A stretch of DNA of 64,000 nucleotides. Origin: Azolla caroliniana. Its lineage: Eukaryota; Plantae; Polypodiophyta. The notes under the pieces are model-generated. The model was not told the origin of the DNA and made no database searches. It saw only the letters and a program-made list of their open reading frames with translations. Both the position numbers and the translations under genes were made by a program. The DNA lies in the NCBI GenBank assembly GCA_043228905.1, contig JBHGNT010000016.1:19096001-19160000 (forward strand), in the 5' to 3' direction. Of this stretch, positions 1 through 12,600 are shown piece after piece; within the stretch, counting starts at the first letter, position 1; each line of letters begins with the position of its first letter.

Positions 1-1124
1 CGTGTTTGTGGGGGGAGGCTTGGGCCCATATGGGTGCACTGCACATGAGGCTCCTGGAAGTGTCCCTAGTGGCATTGTCATTCTAGTATGGTCAGAGCTG
101 CATAGCCTGAGTGAATTGATCCTTGGAGGTGTAGTCATTGAGAACCGTTCATTTATGACTCCTTGATACAAATAGTATCCACTACTTTGACTTTCCCTCC
201 TGATAAGCTGAATACAGCTTGCTGGTGAACCTCTGTGAGCATGTGCAAGCTCATGGCTGTAGTCTTTGCTAGGTTTATTAGGAGCCCTTTTTGGCAGCAA
301 ATCCATCTAGGGCATTTAAATGAGGTTGTAGACTCTCAGAAGATTCAGAAACCACAATTAGTCATTAGCGTAAAGTAGAATAGAAACCAGCTGGAAGCCA
401 TATCTGCTGACTAACACATGCATTGACCAAACTATGCCTCTGATCTCTGCGCCATTCTTTCCAGATTCGGCAGCCAGAAAAATATCTAGTGCTCACAACC
501 AAGTATCCTCTATAAAAACCGCTGGTGTCCCATTTTAGGCACTTTACCAATGATCTAATGTTGTGCTTGTGGAAATCACCGCTTAAGAGAACACATGATA
601 AGGTTTTTGTTTAAAATCCTGCAAAAATGGATTTGTTTAAAAGCTTCTATTAGCATGGAGCTCTTGCACCACATGTGTAGTACAGGTTGCTGCTACCTCT
701 GAGCCAGCTTCATTGCTAGCTCTGTTACTAGCTCTCAGAAATCTCTTGGCATGTTGTTAATGGCTTCATGATAGCAACAAACAACATGCTTGAACTAGAT
801 TGAGCTAAAAAGGAATCTCTGAGATTAGGTTTAAGGTTTCTGCCATATAAAGTTACTCAGCATTCACGTAGGATGTCATGAAAAATGTTGTAATCTGGCA
901 TTATGAATGCCTGGGAATGCATTTCATTGATATATTAGAACAAGAAATAGTCTTACCAAGTGGGAAGCTTAAAGTGCTGTTCCTTTCCATTGTGTGCTTG
1001 AATTTTCCTTTCATTTCCCATCATTGAATGGGATTCTAGAAGAGAAACTTCACAAGTGGGTGACGTAAGTGTTTTTTATTTCTATTTGGCTATGTTATTT
1101 TTGTTACAGAGACTTAAAGAAGCA

Positions 1125-4100
1125 ATGGAAGAGTTGCAATCAGTTCATTTGTATGCAGCTGGTGCATTATTTGCTTTAGCACTTCACCAAGCTCAAATTC
1201 AGCAATTTTCTTTGGTCTATCATCCAGCGGAAATTCTGATAGAAACAGATTCTGAGGATACAAATTATGCAGCGGAGATGGACCATTTGTGGGTAAGCCA
1301 GAAGTTAGGGCTACTTCGTCCAATTTTCAGGTTCCGCACTTTCCTCCACTCACACTATTTAATAATAATATTTGGATTTAGGAAAGCCTAGATCTCTAAT
1401 TCTAGAATCTAAGGATAAAGTTTTGAGTACAAGAAGTCTACACTGTTTGCTGTATTTATGGGTGATCCTATTCAGGTATCTGGGTATTGATAAAAAAGCA
1501 TGGAGTGGTTTGGAACAGACTGCATTATCTACATGTCATTCAAAGTCTCACATCGCTGCAGTATGCATCTTATCAACCATGAAGATTTCCTAATACATGT
1601 TTCCATATGATGACTTTGTAACTGCTCTTTTTCTGTAGTTTCTGAGCATTTTCTCTGATCTGGATGATGGTGCCTCTGCAACCAATAAAATTGAGGCGAA
1701 TTTGGTTGAATCTGTACATATGGATTCCCGTAATTATGAAGTAGCATCAAGTCCTTCAGATAGAACTCAATGTATATCAAATTCTCAGCAGGCATGTGCA
1801 TCAAAATCTCTTCTAGATAATGAAGAGATCAAAGCCAAATGTTCACTAGAAAAATATGCTGAAGATTCAGCGTTGAGAAATACTTCCTCCTACCACAGTA
1901 AAATCTGTCATATTCCTGCAACTGGAAATAACCTTAAAATCAGTGAAGATCCCAGAACTGTTGGAATCGGAGATAATGATACCTCAGAGAAGACATGTGA
2001 GAAAGATGAATATATTGCACGAACAACACAATGGACACAGAAAAGGAAGGTTGCAGTACTATATGAACTTTTAACTGCAGTTGTTTCTGATATTCCTGCC
2101 GAAGCTGAAGAGAAATTGAGAACAAGGTTGGGTTACGATGCTCGTCAGCGTGTTGCCCTTCGAATCTTGGCATCATGGTTTAATGTAGAATGGACAAAAA
2201 TGGTATACGAATTTCACATTTTTTAAAGTTACCTTTGTGTATATACAAATTTTTCCTTCATAATCTTGTGAATGTGTTCAGGCAGCTATGGAAAATTTGG
2301 TTGCATATGCTGTGGTAGCAGCTCAGAATGCTAAAGATGACAGTGTAGCTAAAAAAGAGATTGAGAATAAGGGCTGGTCTAAATGGAAAAGAGGTGGAAT
2401 TGTTGGTGCTGCTGCTGTAACTGGTGGAGCACTGCTAGCACTCACCGGTGGTGAGTTTCTTAACAATGTGTTGATCTTTTAACTTGCATCTCCTTATGAA
2501 ATTGATGGTTTGATCAGCATTGATTGAATCTTTATGTCTTACAATCAGTTATAATAAAGTACCTTCAAGGTGGGTAAGCCTATGTTGTCTGCATAAAAAC
2601 CCTTACTCATTGGTTTTCCAAAAGATTGATCGACTCTCACTAGTCTAAATGGAAAACGTCCTAACTTCTGCATGTGCTAAAAACTTCTTCATTTCCTTGT
2701 GTTTCTTCTACATTCCATTACTACATCCTTGAGTCTTGTTACTACATGAAAATATAAATTCTTAGTTAAAAAATGAAGAAATGTTCCATGATTAATCAAT
2801 GATCCATCAAACTGATGTGGGGAGGCATTATCTAAACAAATGAAACCTGTTTGTTTATCCTTGCAGGACTTGCTGCACCAGCGATTGCAGCTGGTCTAGC
2901 TGCAGCAGCACCAACCCTTGGTACCATCATGCCAGTCATTGGATCTGCTGGATTTGCTACAGTGGCAGCTGCAGCTGGTTCCACTGTGGGTTCTGTTGCA
3001 GTCGCTGCTTCTTTTGGAGGTATTGGTTTTATTCATCCTAGCAAATCAGATTTATATCTTTCAACTGCAAAAAAAACCCTTTGCATCAATTTTCAAAAAC
3101 CTCTGGTTAAATGGATACAATAATAAATGAATTTCGTTTTTCTTGTCAACCATTAGAAAGGAACATTTGTTTGATTTGTGAGATTCTTAGTTTTATCATT
3201 ATTATTATCAGGAGCACGTTTTGCTTAGGATTTGGTTTTTGGCTCTTCGTCCATTATAGCCTGGACTTAAAGCTGTTTAAAAAGAGTATCATTTGCATGG
3301 ATGTTTAATTTATTTGTTAACGCTGTTTAAAAAGAGTATCATTTGCATGGATGTTTAATTTATCAATTCCTATGTTAAGGACTTAAAGCACTAAGATTTT
3401 GGTAGTTTGTAGCTGCTGGTGCTGGCCTTACAGGTTCAAAAATGGCTAAAAGAACAGGGGGCGTTGAAGAATTTGGATTTGAATGCCTTGGAGGAAATAA
3501 CCAACAAGGAGTAAAATGCATAATATACTTCATCTTATGTGAATTTTTTAGATTAGTTTCACATAATATTTTGGTTTTGAGTTTTTTGCATATTTCTAAT
3601 GGAAGAGGTTTGCATTTTGCTTGTGTGACTGCACCACCCTATTTTACAGCACTTGGCTGTGGGTATTGCAGTTTCAGGTTTTTTAAATGATGAAGGAGAT
3701 TTTTCAAAACCTTGGAAAGGCAATAACACAGAATTGGAAATGTATGTACCATATAGAATAAAGATGACATTAATGTTTTTCTGGCCTACGAGATTATTTT
3801 CTTTGTAGTTTAGCTATTTAACCAGTGTGAAACCTCTCAAGTTGTAGTAAAACTATCATCAACGAAGTCCTCGTCTTTTTGTTCTCCTTCCTAAACCTTG
3901 TTCTCCACTATTACCATACTGAGTAAACCTGCCCATAGTCACATAGGATGCATTGATCATGAATAGAGAAGAACATAGGATAATGGGAGGGAGCTCAAAC
4001 AGGAGTATCAGAGAAGCTGTGCTGCAGAAGCATAACAGATGATGAGATTTCAAATTAAATTAATTGAACATCATATTGCAAACATCCCTACATTTGCACC

Positions 4101-6808
4101 AAGTTTCTCATCCATCCTCAATAACCAGGATACAATTGTGAACATATACATAGAGCCATTTTTGGTTATACATTATATTACTCATGGAAATTTTAATATG
4201 AAGTGAAAATCCACAAAAATTGATTTCATGGAGAAGAAAGACCAGCTGGTGACTATAGTCATCTTAATTAAGACTAGGAACTGAAGAGAAGAGGCAATAT
4301 GTTATGCTATGTGTAATACACATATGCACACATTTTTCAATTTTATTTATAAGAAATACATGTACGTAATGAATTCACTTTAATATTTAGTTAATCAAAA
4401 TTAAGAATCTTTATGCAATTGTAGGTTGGGATTTGTTTTTGGTTTCAGGTATGCAGTTAGGTGGGAAACCAAAAACTTAATTGCTGTCAGTAGTGCTATT
4501 CAAGATTGGCTCACTTCAAGTAAGTTTTGGCTGGAAATTACAATCTTCTGAAGAATGTATAACGCTTTTGATAAGTTTCTTTTTAAATTGTTTTAGGATG
4601 ACATTTTGGATGTATCAATGAGTACATTTTTAAGGATACTATAATGTGTTCCGGGTACTATAATAAGACGTCTATTAGTTCACCTACTTCCCGTAGACTA
4701 AATGGTCTAAATAATAGCCTTATGAGACAGCAGCACATGAAGTCATACAAAGTTAGGCATCTAGGAAATAACTGTGAACTATCAAAATAAAACACTTTCT
4801 GCACTTGATATTGATCTACATTTTCCCTAAGTTCTTGTGATGGATGAACAGGTATTTCCACTGAGATGATGAGACAAGGAGCAATGATGACTGTCCTGAG
4901 CACACTGGTTACTGCTTTAGCTTGGCCATCTGCTTTGCTTGCCCTAACGAACTTTATAGATAGCAAGTGGGCAATTGCTGTGGACAGGTTTGTATGTGAT
5001 TATAACGATGCTAATCCTGGGTATTAGATTCACTAATAAACCTCTTAACTCTAATACCATCTAAATATCCATCCTGATCCTCTAGATATCTACATTAACT
5101 TCTCACTCAAAAGATCTATGCTTCCTATTGAATGATACTCATGGTTTCCTAATCTTTTGAAGAGAGGATCATGAAGGATGGCAATGATTTTTATTCCTAT
5201 TGAGAATGTACTATTGTTATGCAGATCGGACAAGGCCGGAAAACTTCTTGCAGATACACTTCTCAAAGGATTACAAGGAAATCGGTAATAATGTTGTGTT
5301 AAGACCTGATATTGACCTTGAAAAACTAAAAAATCTATTTTTTACAGACCAGTAACATTGATGGGATTCTCATTAGGAGCACGAGTCATTTTCAAATGCC
5401 TGGAGGAGCTCGCCAGGAAAGGAGAAAATGGTATTTTTAAGAAGTTATTCCCAAAACTCTGCTAACTAATGGATTACTAGTTTTGAAAAAAAGAAACCGC
5501 AAAACCTCTATATAACTCTAGCTAGGCAAATAATAGTTGTAAATGTCGTATTATCAGATGTAATTTCTATCTTCTTTAAAAAAGTTGCAGATATGTGAAC
5601 ATCTGTACCTAAGCTTGATGGTGCCCTCGAAAATCCATAGGACAACTTCCTAACCAAGAAAGGTCCGCTAGACCTAGATTGGCATGCGAGTCTCAAGATT
5701 AATATATAGTATTGAAGTATTAGCAATATAATCCTTCAGGAGAGTTTTATGACAGATTCATGTCTTTAATTTTTGTTGTAATGTCCTTATTCTTTGTAGC
5801 CGTGGCCCATGACCACTACGTCTGGATGGAGTTACTTGTGTCACATTGGCCCATGGCATACCTACATGACTTCTCTAGTTAGGAGTAGATGAGTTATTCA
5901 ATCCAGGGTGCCCCTGGTGAAGTTACTAACTCACACTTTTTTGTAGGCAGGATTGTAGAACGTGTTGTGCTGCTTGGTGCCCCACTACCTCTAGATAATG
6001 AGTCATGGATGGCTGTCAGGAAGGTAAGCATGTACCACACTCCATCTAATAATCCATCTTAGTTATCAAATGTTGTGCATGTCTTTGTTACATGGAACAT
6101 AGAATAGTTTCAGCATCCATCTTAGTTATCGAATGTTGTGCATGTCTTTGTTACATGGAACATAGAATAGTTTCAGCATCCATCTTAGTTATCGAATGTT
6201 GTGCATGTCTTTGTTACATGGAACATAGAATAGTTTCAGCATCCATCTTAGTTATCGAATGTTGTGCATGTCTTTGTTACATGGAACATAGAATAGTTTC
6301 AGCATCAAACATGAAGCACACTACTGAGAGTCATTATCGTTAAGAGATGCTAAAACACTTCACATCATTTTAATGTGTTCATAGGTTGTTGCGGGACGAT
6401 TTGTGAATGTATACTCAACTAATGATTGGTTGCTGGGAGTGGTGTATCGTACAAGGTTTTGATTTATTTTGCAGTACTCTTTGCATAATTTCTGGCAACC
6501 ATTATGAGTGTTTCTTTGGGTTTGTAGCTTGATGTCACAAGGACTGGCTGGCATACAAGCAGTTGAATCACGAGGGATTGAGAATGTAAGCTAAAAAATA
6601 AGGCTGCATAGTGATATAAAGAGGTTAAATCAATTATCATTTTGACATTTTTCTAAATATGCCCAAACAGGTTGATGCAACCGAGATAATTAGTGGTCAC
6701 TCTTCATATTTATCGAACACAAAAGATGTTATAGGTGCCTTAAATATCGACAATTATTACTCTTTGCGTCCATCCATGATTGGAATTAGCAAAACCCAAT
6801 TATCATAA
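1125..6808 (+). CDS. TMCO4/DUF726-family protein (alpha/beta-hydrolase-like), 15 coding exons: 1125-1330, 1476-1560, 1639-2202, 2282-2450, 2867-3019, 3413-3510, 3650-3741, 4449-4519, 4852-4987, 5225-5284, 5348-5430, 5947-6023, 6385-6455, 6528-6585, 6671-6808
   Basis: All junctions are GT-AG and phase-compatible. Family motifs: YAAGALFALALHQAQ, GYDARQRVALR, KWKRGGIVGAAAVTGG..GLAAPAIAAG, RWETKNLIAVSSAIQDWL, AWPSALL..IDSKWAIAVDRSDKAG, RPVTLMGFSLGARVIF (GxSxG), VERVVLLGAP, VAGRFVNVYSTNDW, GHSSY. Stop TAA at 6806-6808. Confidence 0.92.
3272..3363. repeat. Short direct duplication in intron 5 (two ~42-bp copies, 50-bp period)
   Basis: gctgtttaaaaagagtatcatttgcatggatgtttaatttat occurs at 3272 and 3322. 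Confidence 0.85.
6052..6303. repeat. Intronic minisatellite, 4 x 63 bp (intron 12)
   Basis: The unit atccatcttagttatcgaatgttgtgcatgtctttgttacatggaacatagaatagtttcagc starts at 6052, 6115, 6178 and 6241. The only difference seen is one base in the first copy. Confidence 0.95.
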
Positions 6809-8908
6809 TGTATGAAGATGTAGAAAAAATTCAATAGTTAATATACTTTAGCACTTGGACACTTCTGTTTATTTGTGAAGTAAAATGGCATTCCCACATG
6901 TAAGCTATTCTAGAACCAACTTGTATATATTTGTATACATTTGGTTTGTGAAGTGCAATCATGTAATTACCAGATGAATGATTGTAAAGTGCAAAAGTTT
7001 TTTTAGCTTTGAGATTGCTTTTCCTTACCCTCTTAATCCAATGCATATTGAAGTACTTGTACACTTGTTGGTTTGTCAATTGTAATCTCATCACTATCAA
7101 AGATAGATAGATAGATTCTATTATCGTCTTCAGATGTCAAATATTACTTGTGCGACCAAAAATATTACATTTCACATGAGTGAGTAGGACTCTTGATGTT
7201 CAAGAACTTTAACAATGAATGTTGCAATTGAGAGTGCACATTGTGGTGGCGAGGGAAATTTGTGCAATGATTGGGTTTGGTCGAAGACAAATGGAAAACA
7301 TAGTTGAATCTGATTAAAGACGAGCATTGTATCAAAGTATGATATTGAGACTCTAAAACTTGTTTAGGGCAAGAATGCATAGTCAAAACACTCTCATCAC
7401 TTGTGCCCCAATGCCTTGTCTCACATTGTAATGCATGTGGGCTATAAGCTGCAATGGTTTGGATGGCTAACAATAAGATAGGCGTTAACATGTATCGATG
7501 TGTACAGTTTCCTCGTTTGACAAAGAGAGATAGATACATACATAGAGAGATTCTATTATTATCATCGAAGGTCAAATATGACCTATGAGAGAGAGATTTA
7601 GCATCCATAGAGGCCAAATTGACTCTATGGGAACTAAGTACAAAAAATTGCATGTGCGTCTCCTTCCTAAGAAGGAATATTCATACTTCAAAGCACAAAG
7701 TCTCAATGTGTGAAGAAAGGAGATCAATCCTTTGATCACAATTATATCCATCCCTGAATGCAAACTATCTCCAAGGTCTACACATGATATCCTCCTTTTA
7801 AAAGAAGGGTTGGTGTGATTATTGTCACTTGTATTCTATTATATGAAAATATATTGATTTTTTATGTGATAATCTACCAACAAAATAGTTTGCACTCTTT
7901 GTTCATATCACACTAATGTCTATGGGGATTGTCATATGTATTGAGTAACCTCTTGACTCTAATGATGATATCTAGTTTGCATGCTTTATTTATATTACAA
8001 TGGACTTGTATGAAGTAATTGAAAACATTACATTAGTATAGAGATAGTGAGGATTGAGGAACTCAATGAGTACTAATGCACAAATGTATTCACATGGCAA
8101 ACTCACAATGGAGATAAATACCCTACTAATTTAAAAATATCTCACACAATTGATACAATCCAACTCAATTCTGTTGCTTCTGTTACATATCATAGAGGAC
8201 TATCAGACAACCAAATCAAGTCACCAGCTCAATTAAGTACGATCTATTCCTAAATCCTTTAGTTTTTTCTCTTACAATGCAGATAATAAAATGTTTTAAT
8301 TGAAGCATTAAAGGTATCCATCACCCCTGCTATACCCAGGCATACACTGTATTTATATTAGTGACTCAATTTTGCAAAACCTTATACCACAGATGCAAGT
8401 CTTGTTTTTCACAAAAACAAACAGATTCCTGGATTGTTTAAAGGGTTACAAAGCTTGATTATATACACAGTTAAATATTTGATTTGCAGATGTAATAACT
8501 GCATTGGGCATCCTACCTGCACTTTTGAGAGAAATCTGGCAGATTGCAAGATTGAGAAAGCTCATCATGTATTTAACTCTTCTACTTTAACTCTATTTGT
8601 CACGGAAAATGACATCTGACCTAAGAAGTTTGCATAAGAGTACTCACAAATTTCCAACATAACAATGCAGTCATTATGGCAGAATTTAAGTTTGATACAT
8701 ATATTGTATGTGCAAGCTTCGGCATGTCTGTAAGAAGAAGGGAAATTGGTTACACATGTTTGTCTAGTAAGAACAAATGAATTGCACATAATGGAATTCT
8801 GATAATGGGAAAGAAATCACCTGTCAAACAGTCTTTGACATGCTTATACGGCACTTCCCACACTCACTATTTACATGAATCTTCCAATCTTGTCATTCGC
8901 TAAAGGAT

Positions 8909-9542
8909 TTACTACAAGAAATAAAAAAATTTATGTTCAGAAGTAACTTTGAAAAGAAGTGTTTAAAAACAGTGCATGAGTAATTTGGAATGATTACCAT
9001 ATCTTTAAATCTATGATTTGGTGACGTCTTCAAGGACATTGGTTCAGCCCAAGGTTTAAATGAATCTTGCAATCTTGAATGCTACATTATCATTATTATA
9101 TACGTTAACTTCAGTCATCAATAAATTCAATTAGATTTGAGAGTCTTGATTTTAACATGGAATTGTAGTGTACCTCAAGCCAAAAGAAAAATCCACGCAA
9201 TAAGGAGAGCTTGAACTCGGGACTGCTTGATGATTGTAGCTGAGATGCCAGATCTGCAAATGTTAAGACAGTTTGTTCAGGTTCAAGGATTCACCAAAAA
9301 TGCAATTCATCCCTCAAAACATTCATACCTGGATGATGGTCTAGACAAGAGAATGCTTCCCTTGAGATGAATTGAGCGTAGCCTGCTGTGCTTTCACAAG
9401 ATCTATATAAGGGCTGTTTGTGGCTGACTGCTTTTGTCAAGATTTCCAGTTCATCAATATGGAATGGTTCGGACAGTTTAGCAGCTAATTTTCTCTTGAA
9501 TTCCAAATTTGCTACTATTTTTTTTTCCTTAGCATCTGATAC
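8909..9542 (-). CDS. Probable 3' exons of the zinc-finger gene (9542-9329, 9253-9174, 9081-8998, stop possibly 8911-8909), encoding a plant-specific domain of unknown function
   Basis: Phase-compatible GT-AG exons encode FKRKLAAKLSEPFHIDELE..SCLDHHPD|LASQLQ..KLSLLRGFFFWLE|HSRLQDSFKPW. This resembles the SYLDxxPDL / LLRGFFFWL / FxPW motif of an uncharacterised plant family (recalled, not searched). Linkage to the upstream exons is inferred. Confidence 0.7.
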
Positions 9543-9659
9543 CTGCAATGAGAACTCTCTCTCTCGTCAAGCTTTTGAGGCATCTCGATCCCTCTATGAG
9601 TCTGGAGATACGAGCACTTCGTATAGCATTGTAGTGAGTTGGCTGCTTAAACAGCCTAG

Positions 9660-12600
9660 ACATTAATAACCTACCTCCCCTTGAGTACAAACATGGGACC
9701 GATAAAACTTTAATCTCTAATGCGGACCATAATAAAGTAATACGCCAAGAAATATGGCAAATTTCCACTCGATATAAATGGATCACCCCACGAGAGCCAC
9801 TCCCATCTAAAATGTTGTACTATTAGGAACACTTCATGCACTTCCCTAAGTTAGGTTGTATTACACGACCAAAATATCTAGATACATTCTTATCAAATGC
9901 ACTAAGGGTTGCCATTGGACAACTTAGGATATCACCTCACCAACTTGAGATTGAGAATGGTCGTTCTAATAGAATCCCTAGAGAGGAAAGGATATGTAGA
10001 TTATGCCACATAGAGATAGAGGATGAGTATCACTTTACATGTAAGTGTCCAACTTACACCGAGATAAGGGCGAAATACCAAGACATACTAGGACCCTCTC
10101 CCACCCTCTCCAAACTATTAGATACCCCGGATATAAAGTAAAGAAAAATGAGGAGGCACATTTGTTCAATAATATACATTGGTATGTCACAACTAGAGGG
10201 AGAAAATACAAAGATCGCTTATATTTACATGAGGAGAAAGTTCCTCTTTATAAAGGCCAAGATATGGCCGTTGGGCTAACTATCTGTTGGAAACAACTAG
10301 CCGTTGGGCTAGCCGTTATAACTTTTAAACATTCTCAACACTCCCCCTCAAGATGGGCGAAAAATATCCACTAAGCCCATCTTGTCACACAATCTAGTAA
10401 GATTTACTGGCCCAAGTCCCTTTGTAAGACAATCTGCTACTTGATGTTCAGTAGAAACATGACTCAATTTTAATATTCCATTATCAAGCTTTTCCTTGAT
10501 AAAGAATCTGTGGTCCTATCGTGCTGTACCGGATTGTTGGCAATGCTGATTGCTGACTTATTGTCACACCACAACATCATCTGATTTTCTTGATTCACCT
10601 TTAGTTCTACTAGGAGAGTTCTCAGCCATAACATCTCTGCAACTCCTATAGCAATAGCTCTATACTCTGCTTCGGCTGTTGACCTTGCTACTACTGACTG
10701 TTTCTTACTCTTCCAAGAGACCAGATTGCCTCCAACAAACATGCAGTATCCTGATGTGGATTTCCTATCATCAGCACAACTAGCCCAATTAGAATCACAA
10801 TAGCCCTCAATGTTAAAATGACCATGTTTTCTAAAGATTAATCCCTTCCTTGGGGCACCTTTGAGATATCTCAAAATATGGTACACTGCATCCATATGAT
10901 CTTTCCTCGGATCATGCATGTAGCGACTTACCACACTTACTGCAAATGAAATATCTAGACGGGTGTGAGTCAAATAAATCAGCCGACCTACCAATCTTTG
11001 ATACCTTTCACGATCAACTTTCTCTCCTGCAAGTTCAGTTAGCTTGATCTTTTGGTCGATTGGAGAAGCTACGGGCCTACAACCCAACATTCCAGTTTCT
11101 GTGAGAAGATCTAATACATATTTTCGCTGACATAGAACAACTCCTTATGCTCCACGAGCTACCTCAATTCCAAGAAAGTATCGTAGAAATCCTACATCCT
11201 TCACCTCAAACTCTTTACCCAATTGCACCTTCAGTTGAGCAATTTCCCCTTCATCGTTACACGTGATAATTATATCATCCACATACACAACAAGTAATGT
11301 AGTATGCTCCTTGTGTTGTCTAAAAAACACTATATGGTCTGCATTTGTCTGTTGGTATCCCATATCCACCATAGCCCCTCAGAGCCCTTCTTAACCTGTC
11401 GAACCAGGCTCGAGGAGATTGCTTCAGTCCATAAAGCGACTTCCTTAGTTTGCAAACCTTACCTATTGTTTGAATTGTACCAAAACCTGGGGGGACATTC
11501 ATGTACACTTCCTCCATCAACTCTCCATGAAGGAATGCATTTTTTACATCTAATTGATGTAATTTCCAATCTTTATTCACTGCTAAGGAAATAAGCGTTC
11601 TAACAGTGCTCATCTTCGCAACAGGTGCAAAAGTCTCATCGTAGTCAATGCCATATGTCTGACTATATCCTTTAGCCACCAATCGTGCCTTGTATCGATC
11701 TATTTTTCCCTCTGGGGTCTGTTTTATTGTAAACACCCATTTGCACCCAACCGCCTTCTTTCCTGGTGGTAGTGACACAATATCCCAAGTTTTGTTCTTC
11801 TCAAGAGCTCCGAGTTCTTCTTGCATGGCTGCTTTCCATTTTGAATCTTCTTTAGCAACCTGCCAACACTTGGGTAAAGTGACAAAGTCTAATGATGGAG
11901 TGAATGCTCTATGTGTAGCTAATATGTTAGAATAAGAGATAAACTGAGCAATATCATGAGGAAAACCATAACGATCAGGAGGGACTCCTGAATTACTGTG
12001 AGAGGTCCTCCTAATCTCTATAGGAGAAGGAGAGGAAATCATATCACCTGTGATTTCTGGGTTTGGGAGTTCTGTAGGTATTTCAGAAGTCGAGGCAGGT
12101 CGGGACATCGAACTTGATGGCACATGTGGCACTGAAGATGTGTTCATATTTCCTTCTTTCTACCTCCTCTTCCTTGTATACACCTTTAGCTCCCCTTCAG
12201 CTTGAGTCCCAACACATATAGGCTCCTCGTCTTCGTTTCCTTCTTCTTCCGTACTGCCTACGCTCACTTGTTTCTCAGCTGATGTAGGGATCAATAAAGG
12301 AATTGATCCTATTTTTAGCAACCTCTCACCATTATCTCCTTCCCTCATATTTTTAGTCTCAATTAAGTCATCAAAGGGTGAAGTTACCCCTTGTTTATAA
12401 TATGGCTCTGACTCTCTAAAATGCACATCCATGCTCACAAATAATCTCTTCTCTACTGGACTCCAGCAAACATAGCCTTTTTGTGTGGCAGAGTATCCCA
12501 CAAATACACATTTTACAGCTTTAGGATCAAGTTTTCCTACAGATGGTCTACTGTCCTTTACAAAACACACATCCAAACACCTTCAAAGGAAGGGTTCCAG

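Noticed and set aside
1-1050. ORF 365-550 and upstream coding potential
   Set aside because: No motif support. It is likely 5'UTR intron or TE debris upstream of the TMCO4-like gene.
6052-6343. CRISPR-like array or repeat protein (ORF 6092-6343)
   Set aside because: The units are head-to-tail with no unique spacers and lie in a GT-AG intron. The ORF is a by-product of a 63-bp unit.
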